DNA of 64,000 nucleotides from Lytechinus pictus (lineage: Eukaryota). Numbering within the stretch: the stretch's first letter is position 1; the number at the start of each line of letters is the position of its first letter. The notes under the pieces were generated by a model, which did no database searches, was not told the origin of the DNA, and saw nothing but the letters and a program-made list of their open reading frames with translations. The translations under genes and the position numbers were made by a program. Positions 14,165 through 26,578 of the stretch are shown piece by piece. The stretch covers positions 20,648,001 through 20,712,000 of the forward strand of contig NC_087250.1 of NCBI RefSeq assembly GCF_037042905.1, in the 5' to 3' direction.

Positions 14165-16386
14165 TTCTCATTAACAACCAAAAACTATAAATTGAAAATA
14201 ATAATAACAATAATTATACTGCTATTTACAGCACCCGCACCTGCACCTGCATCGCACCCACTTGTTCAGCAATTACCGATCTTAGTCACGAACCCTTTTT
14301 ATGAGGCCGCCATCAACTATAAGCTTAACCGATCACGTTGGCGGTCTCCTGCGTTCATTTGTTTATGCTGCTTTTTATTATCATCCTAATGTGAAGTATA
14401 TGCCCAAATCATTTTTTTTCTATTTATGTAATGTGAAGTATATACCCAAACCATTTTTTTTTCTAATTATTATGTTTATGTTGTAAACATTATGGATTGT
14501 TTTATATATTGCAAACAATGTAAATAATTTTTGATAATGTATTGTGAACGCAGAAATAACATAAAACAAACAAACAAAACAAACTTAAATTTACTAATGT
14601 GTATTTAAATGCACGTGTTATTCAAATTTTAAGATAAGGTAGTGGGATCCATTTTAAGACATTAAGATTAATTTATAACCACATATTTACGATCAAGACT
14701 ATATCAAATTTGATCATTTCAATATTAGTAATATGCTGTTGATTTTGTTCTAAGGCAAAGAGGTTCGTTAACGCTCTTACAAATTCAATGAATGTACTTT
14801 TTAATTCTAGATTTTGTGCAATGAAATTCAGGATGTGTCCGAGCCCAGTCGGTCCGAGTCCGAGTCCGGCATGCATGAGTCCGGGTCCGAGTCTGGCACG
14901 TGTGCAAAAGTATTACATAATCAATCAGAATATGGTCGTATGCAGATATGTTTTGCTGAGGGGGGGGGGGGGGGGGGTGAGACCTTTTCGGAAAAATTCG
15001 AAAGTGAGAAAACGAAACGGCCGAGCATGTCACTATAGCATGTATAGGGAGCTTTTGTAATGTGAAATTGAGGAATTTTCTGCACACTTTTGGTGAATTT
15101 TGTGAACATTTTCATTAAAAAAAAGGAAGTTCTCGCTGCGTTCGGCCTTGAATCAGAAACAAGTCTCTCATTCAAAATATCTGTACTTTAAACAATATCA
15201 ATATACAAACGCACTAAATGATTATAAGAAGAAAGTGTTTAATTGATTTTAGTTTTAAAATTTCATTTTGTTTATTAAGAAATTATGTTTTATTCAGAAA
15301 CATACCAATATTTAGTTTTCACTTGTTTCCCAGCGTCCTCCCTCATAAGCAAAAATTCCCCAAACCTTCAGTAAGTGTAAATGTAATTTGAAAAAATATT
15401 TTGCCATATATGGTGAACTGAATAAAAGTGAAATTCAGATACACATATCATGTGAAATATATCAGAGCTATAGGTAAAATAAAGAATGGGTTACCATAAT
15501 CAGTACCCGAGTACCAAAATATCTTCAAAGAGACGAAATAATATACTTAGAGACTTGATACATTATGTTGAACGGCATTGTAATCCTTTAAAAATGGCTA
15601 CTAAATTTGATATTCATCAGAAATGTCAAAAAAATATAGTGTTGCATAAAGGGTCGTTAAACAACGTCGCCTGGGCTTAACCGGCGATATAGACGATTAA
15701 TAGCCCTGCACTCACCTCCGTGCATGAGTAAACATTACGCACGGAGCGCCCGCAATCCCCCAAATATATATCCCCGCTGACCAAGAGTCAGTGTCAAGGT
15801 CAGTTGAGAGTTCTGAGTCGGGAGAGTTAAGGTCAAGTCAAGTACGGTTCAGCAGCAACAGGCAGGACCTCCACACCGGTGCTGTACACCATGTACTACC
15901 GAGGGATAGACACCTTGGAGGGGGAATTAAATCCGTAAGTGCCTCTCACTCCCACCAATTTATTCATTAATCCTAACCGCAACGCCATTAATGAATAATT
16001 AGGTGAGTGTCTGCCTCTCACTCTCACCCTATTTAGTCACTATAAATGGCGCTGCGAGCAGGGTAGGGTAGGGCCTCCCTATTTATTCATTAAAAGGAAG
16101 TGAGCATGACCTCGCATGACCTTGATAAAGCATTGATGAATATTTCCTAGATCATGAATAATCATGACTTGCTAATCATTTGTTTGATAAACCATCGATT
16201 CATCATTTTGTCTAATGAATATTCACTAGATCACTGAATAATTTGCATAGAATGTAGTTGGATTTCTTTCATAAAGTGGGTAACAAAAAAGTTACCAGCC
16301 GGACTCTCATCATAAAAACCCGATGAAAACTTGTGCCTTGGACTCACTCTACAAGGGTGCATGCTAGGGACATTGTGTGTTGATGC

Positions 16387-17105
16387 CCCGGATGGGCACT
16401 TACATTGACGAGTGGATACCATGCGCGACCAAAACACTTATAAAAGATGTCTTTTTCAAGATAGGCACGTTACGTATACGTAACGTAATAGGGGTGTCAA
16501 AAACACTAAAATAATGAAAAAAAAGGGTATCTATTTCGCTAGGAAAGCTACGTGTTTAGGGAGGGTATAAAAAGAATATAAATGCAGGGGCCGTGGAACG
16601 GTTTTCAAAGTGGGGGAGGGGGGTGAGCCAAAAGTGGGGGGCTGACCATGCAAAAAATCACAATCTTATGGTAATTTTTACGTTTTTGTACACAGTTTTG
16701 CCAAAAAAAGTGTGTGTGTGTGTGTGAGGGGGGGGGGGTTGAAGGACGCCCAGTCCCCCCCCCCGCTTCCAAGGCCCCTGGATGTACTTTTTGCCCCAAC
16801 AGTCAATGGGAGTGTGGAATGTTGGGCCGTACTAAACCCAATGATGCAGGTAAAGGTGAAACCGACGTCCGTGACATTTAACAATTAAAATATCGCTGTA
16901 CTTGTTAAGGGGTTCAATTCAGGGAATACTTGCCAATTAAGGGTATCGTTTTGTTTCCAATACTTGTTAAGGGTAGGGTTTCACACGCCAATACTTGTTA
17001 AGGGGTGCATTTTCAGAATGTGGAACATACTTGTTTATGGTGCTTTTCGAGACCCCAAGGTCGGGCATGGTATCCACTCGTCAATGAAAGTGCCCCCCCC
17101 CCCCC
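16387..17105. mobile_element. TIR element with nested hAT-like MITE (16585-16780)
   Basis: TIR gggcacttacattgacgagtggataccatgc / gcatggtatccactcgtcaatgaaagtgccc; nested caggggcc...ggcccctg without matching TSD. Confidence 0.75.
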
Positions 17106-17631
17106 AAGGAGTTGACGCCGAGCGATACATCAATAAAACCAGATGTTTGCAGTAAAGAGAAAGCAAGTAATGTATTAAATAATTTCCTTCTGGACAAAAA
17201 AATAGTGCCAAATGTATTCTATTATTTGTTATTATATTTCAAACATCGTTTCCTATAAATATATAATTTTCAATTCTATGATTTATTTTACATGTTCTAT
17301 TATGATTTGTCACCACTGAAAAAAAAGTGCAATCTGAAATGTTTGTGTTGAAAAGTAACTCGCACAAATATGAAATGTTTTCGTCAAGGTTTTATTTTTA
17401 ATTTGTCTAAAATATGACGATCTTTGGGGGAAAAAATGAAACTTTATATTTTTCAGCTCCTGAGGAAAAAGCAATGTGTTAAAGTGGCGTGACGTACTTA
17501 TTTGTTTGATATCAAATCCGTCATGATAGCACAAATATTTTATAACATACAGTAAATTTTATGACATTTGGTAAGTGTTAATTTGTGTTTATGTATATTT
17601 ACTTCAGTTTCCGTTCTTCATAAGGCATATA

Positions 17632-18607
17632 CAGTGCGTATCAAAAAAGTTTACACTTTGAAAAAGCCTTGGGAATTAAAAAATGTAAAACATGTCGGTA
17701 ATTTTTCACGTATTATCATGGGTTTGGGTCTCATCTAACCAATGAAAGTAAAAGTTTTGACAGAATGTTACAGCACTGTCCATTTTTGTAAAGCTCGCAG
17801 AAATCTGTTTGCGCAGAATTGCTTGTTTTCACACTGTGTCAAGGGGAAAGGGCGAAATCAAACTTACCCTGCAAAACATTTCTCATACATTTCCCTTGCA
17901 CTTTTAGTCAATTGAAATAAAAACAGATACATTCAATCATTTTGTAACAATTTTGCCACCCAAATTGAAATTTCAACACTTAGTAAGCACAACCTTTACC
18001 CTTTTGTGCCAGCTGGATCTGAGGACGTAACTGAATCTGAACAAAAGTTTATACCAGACATCTTCAGTATTTTTTTCACTAAGTTTTTATCACTTAAAGT
18101 GGGTTTACATTTCATTTTTCATGTAATACTTGTTTCTCCACACTTTTCTCAAGTTTGACAATGATTAACAAAATGAAAATCAAGCCTAAGCCATTTCATG
18201 TAAATCACAGCTCAGTGCAAAGCAAAAATCGTCACGATGGCCTCGGTGTGTGGGGGAGTGGAGTGGGGCACAATGCACTCTTCGAAGTGTTTTGGGCAAG
18301 GAAACAAGTTAAAAGAGGTAAAAGATATCTTCAAATCAATTTTATTAGCAAAACTCCAAGTTGTCTTTATGATTAAGGTCTATTTTTATTCGCACAACTA
18401 TTTCAAAGTTCTGCGCAATTTTTGTCACTAACTTTTCAAAAGTAAGTGGTGCTCACTTAAGCGGAAACATTTTTCGACAGTTATATAGTCATATCCTTAA
18501 ATGGATCTGGACCAATGTTAAAAATTAGGAAAAAATATTCAGGATATTACAAATGTATAATTTCACAGGATTTTTTTCTAAGTGTAAACTTTTTTTGATA
18601 CGCACTG
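17632..18607. mobile_element. Tc1/mariner-like non-autonomous element
   Basis: TA TSD; TIR cagtgcgtatcaaaaaagtttacactt. Confidence 0.88.
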
Positions 18608-18799
18608 TATTGCGTCTTTTGCAAATAAATGTTTTTTCTCGTTTCCTTTACAAAGAAGTTAAGGACAAATCTATTCCTTTTCACCCGACAATGCTGACTG
18701 CGTGGCCGTTTTCATTATTGTTTATTTTCTTCTTTTTCATATTTTCACCTTTATGACATGTCTTTTTAAAATATATTTTCAACTTTATTCAATTTCATG

Positions 18800-19011
18800 C
18801 ACTGTGAAAAATATTGGATAAGATCTTAACCAGCACGAGGGTAATTATGTGTCCAACCAATTTGGGGCAGTATTTTACCAAATGCAGGAAGAATATTGTC
18901 CAAGGTTAAACAATAAGCAGCAATTACTTTAGAATAGGCAACATTTTCATCAAACTGAATGAATAGATAATTACCCTCATGGAGCATTTTTACCCAATAT
19001 TTGTTAGAGTG
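18800..19011. mobile_element. CMC/EnSpm-like MITE
   Basis: CACT...AGTG termini, 2-bp TG flanks, imperfect TIR. Confidence 0.6.
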
Positions 19012-19194
19012 TGGGTGATACGCTGTATGTCATGCATGGCGGAAGGGGCGGCTCTATACCATCAATCGGTGCCTTTATTCTGAAAAAAAATATTCCATTA
19101 ACATTATTTCAAATATCACAAATAGGAAAAGTAGTCCTATACATGAAATAAAATCACTGAATGATCAATATATTTTGAATGAGCTGTTGCTTAA

Positions 19195-19783
19195 AGGAGA
19201 ATGAAACCCTTGAAACCAGCTGAATCCATATCAAAGAGAAAAATCAAAGAAACATATTGTTGAAAGTTTGAGGAAGATTGAATGAATAATAAGAAAGTCA
19301 TGAGCATTTGAATATTGAGATCACTAATGCCATGTAGATCCTCCCATTGGCAATGCGACCAAGATCTGTGATGTCACACACGTACAACTCCCTCATTACT
19401 TTAGTACTTATTTCACTTATATTCTCACTTTTATAGAGTCTATCACAAGGTGAGGTGTTCTCTTTATGAGAGGACAAGTACATAGGTTTCACAACATTAT
19501 ATCATTAATGAATCGTTTGTCATATATATGATTAGAATGAGCAAAAAGAGATGCTTTGGGGTATATTTTCAGTGTCCAAAAGGGGAGAGTTGTTCATCTG
19601 TGACATCATAGATCTTGGTCGCATTGCCAATTGGAGGATCTCCATAGCATTAGTGATCTCGACATTCAAATGCTCATAACTCTTCTATTGCTAGTCCTAT
19701 TTTACTCAAAACTTTTGTTGATCTTATTCTTTGATTTTTCTGCTTTCACAAAAGCTAACTTGCTCCAAGAGTTTCATTCTCCT
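19195..19783. mobile_element. TTAA-targeting (Kolobok-like) non-autonomous element
   Basis: TTAA TSD; TIR aggagaatgaaac; ~190-bp imperfect inverted arms. Confidence 0.88.
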
Positions 19784-20302
19784 TTAACATCTTAAATTAA
19801 ATGCACAACATATTTGCCTCTATGAGAATTCGCTTGACTAAACAGCTGCCACGCCATGCAATATCTGATTTTTAATGCCCATTTCCTAATTTACATTCAC
19901 CTACTTAACACATGAATAACACATTTGAAAAAAGATGTAAATATAATAAATTCACATATCGAAAAATTACCTTGAATGCCCTTTCCTTTAATTGCATACT
20001 ATTTATAAAAACAAATCAGGTGACTCATTTGAAGAATGTTTTGCAGAGACAATAAACCCACATGCGGAAAAATGGTCATGCTTGCGAATTCATTGAATTG
20101 CATGTTGTTTATCTAAATTTTAATGATTTGTTTGGTAATTATTTTGCGGAAAAATACATTCAAGTGACAAATATTGGATTATAATGACAAACATCCGAGG
20201 CGGTCATGGCTATAGCGAAATTAAATGGTCATAACATTAAATTGAATGATTTGTAATTGAGCGGGAAAACCTGTATTATCATTATATTACTATCTTATTT
20301 TT

Positions 20303-20616
20303 TGTGGAGCGTTGTGGCCCAGTGGATTAGTCTCCGGACTTTGATACAAGAGAGTCGTGGGTTCGAATCCCAGCCATGGCGTAATTTCCTTCGGCAAGAA
20401 ATTTATCCACATTGTGCTGCACTCAACCCAGGTGAGGTGAAAAACTGAGGGTACCTGGCAGGAATTTATTCCTTGAAATGCGTGTGCGCTGTAATCTTAG
20501 TAATTACGGCTGCCAAGCTACATCTTGTAATAATATCCAAGTCCTTTGGAAGCGCATAGAGACATTATTCATGATTGTTATATGCGCTATACAAGAACTG
20601 TATATTGTTATTATTA
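20303..20616 (+). mobile_element. tRNA-derived SINE
   Basis: A box tggcccagtgg, B box ggttcgaatcc, CORE-like centre, (TAT)n tail. Confidence 0.85.
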
Positions 20617-22340
20617 TTTTTTTTTTATTATAAGTATTATTGTTATTACAACTGTTATTATCATCATCATTTTTCCTATTATTATGTTACCCCCTCATTT
20701 TCTTTCCCTTTTAGGGGTGGTGGGTTACCATCATGAAGTCCTTTATGAAATCCTTTATCCACTGGTGTTTTGATATGATCAATAAACGGAAGTTGTCACA
20801 ACACCAAGCAGACATTTTCTGGAATGAAGATAATCTATTGTCAAAAGCCCCTTATGACAAAGAAGTCTCTGTCCAAATCGGTGAATAAACAGAGAAGTGT
20901 CGTCTGTGACTCTGAACAAACGACATAATTTATAGTTTACTGTCAGCTCGGAATTTTACAACGGTCAGCTCTCCCGGCTCACCAATTTTCGACAAGAACT
21001 CTCAACTGTTTATTGCGATTTGACGGGCGTTTTTAATAGAATTAGTATAAACTCCGACCATGTTGCAGTTGCTAAAACTCGCTAATGAGTGTGGTGTCAT
21101 GTGACTAGTTATCACGTGGTCTTCTACCATCATAGACTGCGGGATGGCCAGCGCTAAAATTGTTAATTTTCGTGGGCGGCAAATGCAACCGGGGTTCTTG
21201 GACATGATAATATGTAAAATATTATATATAAATACATGCAACCTTATTTTTCCATCGCTGAACTTTGCTCCTAAACTAAAAATCTAAATAATAATATGCG
21301 AAAACGTGCAATTGATTCCGCCATTCACCCCGTGTGTTAAGGACTTCCAAAGCGTTTACAAATGCATTTAAGCTTGCCTAGCCCCGTTCGCGTTTATTCG
21401 CTGTATATGCGCTATGTTATAGAATCCAAGATTGCGGAAAAGAAGTCGTCGTTGTCGTTAAGTTATGGCAGCGAAAATTACGTTTAAACTAGCAAATGTA
21501 TGCTGGATGCACGTCATACCTAAGGAGAGAGGGCTAGTAAATTTACGAATCTATTTTTATGCTCTATTATTTTGAAAAATCATAAAATTGCTAGGGTATT
21601 AACAATGTATTTGTTTACTGAACATATATGCGCATCACCTCAGTATTACAACTATACAATGTCAAATACCTCTTTCTCGATGCATATATATATATACAGA
21701 ACTACACTCATTATTTATTTATTTATTACCAGTTTTGGTGTATATGGAACCGAAACAGAATGTTGTTAGCCCCCCCCCCCCCATTTTCGTGAAGTAAATC
21801 ATTTTATGATGGAAGCATAAACCCCCAAAATTAAAAGAATACAATATGTTTCTTAACAATAAGGATTGTCGTATTCTCATGTGTATGACATTCATTACAG
21901 ATAGAATTTAAAAAAAAATGAAATTATCAAAGTCAATTTTTTTTGTCTCGCTCTTTAGTATTTATTGTAAAGTTTGTCACGTAGCAAGTGTGAAATGCAT
22001 GTTTGTGACTTTGATGAATGGAAGAACTTTGTCAAGATCGTTCTTGGATATGAGTGTGCATGTAAAAATTGTTTGTGAATCCCTAGCTTTGGTGTGCAGT
22101 TATCAACTCGTGTTGTTCTCACTTTTTTAAGGTTCTAATACTTCTTATTTTTTTCTTTTCCACAATGGGTAACGGAAGTGAGGTGGATTTGCCTTTGTCC
22201 TTCCCCTTTTGTTGACATGTATGAAGTTAACATGCATTGGAATGTATGCGTGTTATAATCTGGTGGTTCGTGTTGTTGTGCAAACTAATGTGGCAGTCTA
22301 GTGCGTAAGTGCCAGTATGATTAGGAGAATGGGCTTATAC

Positions 22341-22712
22341 TAATCAGTCGGGTCGCGTGCGCGTGTAAAATCACTCGGGTTTTGGATTTTGAGCGATTTT
22401 TTGGATTCCGATGCCATTTTTTTTTATAATGGTGTCTTCAATGGGACAAACACGCTGGGAAAATTAAATGAAATTGATATTTGAGTTTCGTTTTACGCCG
22501 GCAAGTGCCTTAAATGAAACGTACTTGACTACTGTTTTAACATAACAAACAAACAAACAAATGCATTTTGACTACTGTTTTAACATAATCACATGCGTGT
22601 TTGTCCCATTGAAGACACTCTTAGACAAAAAAATCGCATCGAAAAAAAAAAAAAAATCGCCAAAAATCCAAAACTCGAGTGATTTCGCACGCGCACGCGA
22701 CCCAACTGATTA
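22341..22712. mobile_element. Fold-back MITE
   Basis: ~115-bp imperfect inverted arms starting taatcagtcgggtcgcgtgcgcgtg; TSD unclear. Confidence 0.8.
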
Positions 22713-23537
22713 TTATAAGCCGGAGAATAAAGGATCATCTTTGTAACCAGTGGCATAGTTTTCTAGGGCACATGGGACATATCGCATTCTCTCTTAAAAA
22801 CAAAGTTTTAAACTAAAATTAAGATGGGGTGTAATTATAAAGAATGGTGATCACGATGCACCCCTTCTCCCATTAATCATCCATGGCCTTGGAAATATCC
22901 ATTTCATGATGCCAGTGCCCCCTTGATTGGAGGAATCATGCTATGCCAATGGTCGTGATGCACACATTAAACAGAACCTCTGAGGGAAAGTGACACATAA
23001 AATAAAGCCTCTGATTAAGCTGAACGTTTGTTTAAAATAAGTTTATTAAAATACATATACTCCATTGCAAAAAAGCAAATAACTTTTAGTGTTTGAACAC
23101 AGATAACAACGACACATCTATCCACGTTCCTTGATACATTAACATTTGGCCACTTAACACAAAAATATAGTTTCTAATTTAGGGCTCCCATCATTCCCCC
23201 CGCCCCAAGGGATCTTTCTCAAATATTTTCATTATCCATCTCTATGATACTTTCAAACATTCTTTTTATATAAAATCATGAAATCATAAACTACTTCTTG
23301 ACTGGACCTCCGGTAAATAATTCCACATCATACGTGCACTAGGTTTTGGCATGATCATTAATCTCCACAAATCTGAGAATATGTAGTTGAAACCTACGTG
23401 ATGCATAAATTTAAGATTATGAAATTAATATCAATTAAGAATAACTTGGTGCACTTTCGCAATAAATTATATTTCCAACATAAGACACAGCACATGGGAC
23501 CAGTGTAATATGAAATCTGCACCAAAATGGGTATATA

Positions 23538-23703
23538 CACTGTAAAAAATGAAGTGCTGATTTAGCTCTTACAGTGCTTGTGTAGTGACTGCACTACGAG
23601 TGCTGATTTTCTAGTTTAAATTTGAACTAGAAAATCAGTACTCGTAGTGCAGTCACTATACAAGCACTGTAGGTGCTTAATTAGCACTTCACTTTTTACA
23701 GTG
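23538..23703. mobile_element. Palindromic CMC/EnSpm-like MITE
   Basis: cactgtaaaaa...tttttacagtg, TA flanks, almost fully self-complementary. Confidence 0.85.
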
Positions 23704-24002
23704 TATGAGCGCTGTTGTCTTTAAAGGGAGCACTTTTAACATATGGCAACGTTTAGAAGTGGTTTGAGCACCCTTAATTACCCCTAGTAAAGGCCCGTTT
23801 ACACCGCATCCGGCACGGCGACCGTGCACGGCACCACGGCAATCCGGCACGGCAAAAAAAATCGATCCCCACTAAATTCTATGAAACTGTTTCCACTTCA
23901 ACGGTGCCGTGCCGTATTGTACAACACGGCGTAATTTGCCGGATTTGCAGATCGATCAGCAAGCCATTTTCAGAGCACGGCACACGGTTTTTTCACTTCT
24001 GG

Positions 24003-24207
24003 CCAATCACAGTCCAGATAAATTACGTCATTGCCCACATATTTTCTGATCAAGCGACAAATCGCCTGCGGTGATAGTCTATGGGAGTTTACGTGTTAAA
24101 TGCAAAATCGCACATACACGTAGGTCTACGTGTATTATTACCTGCTGAAGAGAGGTGACTGAAGGAGCTAGGACTTGCCTGATCTTGCAATTCTTGGTCT
24201 GGTAAGC
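24003..24207 (+). promoter_or_regulatory. Candidate internal Harbinger promoter and non-coding first exon
   Basis: CCAAT 24003-24007, CRE-like TTACGTCA 24023-24030, donor G|GTAAGC at 24202; acceptor cag at 26567-26569 just before the MADF ATG. Confidence 0.45.
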
Positions 24208-24624
24208 AACTAATTAAGAACAAGTGTCATTTCGCATACTGTAGAACCGAGCCCCAGAAAGTAGAGCACAAGAAAATAAGGCCAAATAATATAAGGCCGG
24301 AAATACTAATCTGGGATAGGGCCTGCCTAGCCCTAGGCTAACTAGGGCCTAAGCCCTAACGTTATGATCTAACGTCTTTTAACGAAGATCTAACGTAAGT
24401 AAGCTTAGTCTTAGACTCGGTCTAACAAGATATATCTAATATAGATAGGCTAGATGTTTATCATAGCCTAAGTTACATCTAGATCTAACGTTAGACCTAA
24501 TGTTAGACTCGATAATCAATTAGACTGGCCTAACGTAATTACTAAATAAAGAAAGTTAGACTTAGTCTTAGGGTAAAGTAAGATAAATGAAAGTAGGCCT
24601 AGGCCTAGGCCCTAGTTGCACTTG

Positions 24625-25049
24625 CAGGAAACACTGATTTCACGAGAAAGTGTGTAAAACCGAGCTTAATTGTCACTATATTATCGAGGATCTAGATCTG
24701 GTATAGTGGTACAGTTACATGAACTGAACTTTGTGAAATCTTGAAATCTACGCTGAAAAATGTTCATACTGTCTACTGAAGATCACCAACACAGATAAGC
24801 GCACGTGGGACAGTGTACTATTAAAAATTATTGCTTTGAATGTCGCGGGGAATGTCGGCCCGACGCTTGACCCAAATCCCGTGCTTATTTGCTAATTTCT
24901 CAGCAATTACACAATTTCTTCCGGAATCCTTTGGCACATATTTTTTATATATACAAACAGACACTTTGGTGGTCATTTCATTGGATTCTATACTATAGAC
25001 TGTACGAACTCATTTTGAAATCGTTACCACAACTGGCATTTATCTTTAA
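24625..25049. mobile_element. Truncated TTAA-type element
   Basis: Right end aactggcatttatct+ttaa; left terminus not found; composition differs from flanking palindrome-rich DNA. Confidence 0.5.
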
Positions 25050-26578
25050 CTTAGAGTCTAACTAACAGTAACATTATGCCTAACGTTACTTATAGTTAGA
25101 TCTAACGTTAGGTAGACCTATAAGTAACGTTAACAAAAGTTACACCTGTTGTTGGTCTAACGTTAGGCCTCAGTATAGTAGTCTAGAGTCTACACATAGG
25201 TCCAACGTTAGTAACAGTACACTAGTACATGTAAGTTAGACCTCTGAACGAATATGATGAATTCCGGGATGAATTATTAAGATATAGACTAGCCTAGCCT
25301 AGTATTTTTAGTTTTAGTACTATAGTAGTAGGGTCTTAAATAGATGAGAGCTAGTATAGGCACTGAGTCGTTTTGTCAGCAGCAAGAGTGGCAGATAGGA
25401 GGGTGGCAATTAATTAATAAGAGGGGATCTGGAGTGGTGAAACTTGGGTAGCCTGAACTGAAAGAAGTTAGACCGATTGCTCAGTTTGACCATATTTTTG
25501 TGGGACCCTCTGGTCGATCTGTTCTAGATCGAAACTGGTGGAAAGTAGATCTAGACCCTAGTAGGAATTTTTGAGTCCTAGGCTAAGGAGTAAGGCTAAC
25601 TTAGTATTTCCCACAAACTCTCTGGAAAGGACTATAGGCCTACGAATAAATAATGTAAAAACCTAGACTCTAAATCCTCCCCGTATGACGTCATAGGCTT
25701 AGCTAATTAACGTTAGACCTTGTTTTCATTGAAATATAGAGTCTAGGCCTAGTCACTAAATTTAGGCTACTATAATTTTGGAGAGAACTTGCATTAAAAA
25801 AAGTTATTGTTTCTAGTTTGTCAAAAATTGTCAGTCTGTTATTATGTAAAGGATTTTAAAATGAGCGCACTTTCCTTTATCCAGGGGCAGCTCAATCGTG
25901 GGGCGATGGGAAGGGTTTGGGTTGGCACTGGCTTGCCCGAAATAGAAATCCCCCAGAACAAAAGTGACCCTTTTTCAATATGAAATATGTCCTTTGTGTG
26001 CTGGCATAACTTTTAAATCTGCACATTTCTGTTCCAAAATTTGATTGCTTTATTTGTGTAATTTCATTCTTTTTTCATTGGTTTATTTTTTATTTAGTAT
26101 TATTTTTTTTTGGGGGGGGCTGAAGTGATTGGGTACGTATATTATACAGAGAAGACATAATTTGCTGACATTTTATTCAACAAACATTTCATCCCTAAAA
26201 AAAAAATCATATGGCTTAGCTTATAGGCTCTCATGGAGGCAAAAAATTGTGCCTCTATCTTTTTTTTTCTTAACATGACCCTATGTTTACATGTACTTTT
26301 CAAATGATAAAAAATTATTATTTCAAGCTCTTCAAGGAATTTCTAGACGATCACTTTTCTCTACAACTAAGCAAAATCATTTCAATTAGGAGAATTTCTA
26401 TTTGTGCATTATAAAAATTGGACCCTGATCAGCAAGCCTGTTAGTTACAATGTAAATGTAAGAAATTGCTGATTGGGCACTGGCCTTTCACTAATCGCTT
26501 TTGCAATTCTTTAAACCTTTATTATTATTATTTGCTAACAAAATTTATATGGAATGTGTTGCATGACAGATAACCAAC

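Larger units (their letters stand above)
10947..14584 (+). mobile_element. Non-LTR retrotransposon (CR1/L2 group, Crack/Daphne-like), APE endonuclease + RT ORF2, disrupted
   Basis: APE motifs (NLRSL, ISETWL, GGGV, IYRPP, GDFN, IDNIF, SDHLP); RT motifs (YRPISLL, DLSKAFD, GVPQGSILGP, FADDT, FLGV); 3' UTR and (AAAC)n tail ~14562-14584; 5' boundary uncertain. Confidence 0.95.

Noticed and set aside
20303..20378. tRNA gene (also 62225-62299 and 60798-60855)
   Set aside because: A/B boxes are present but run into SINE core and tail; acceptor stem imperfect
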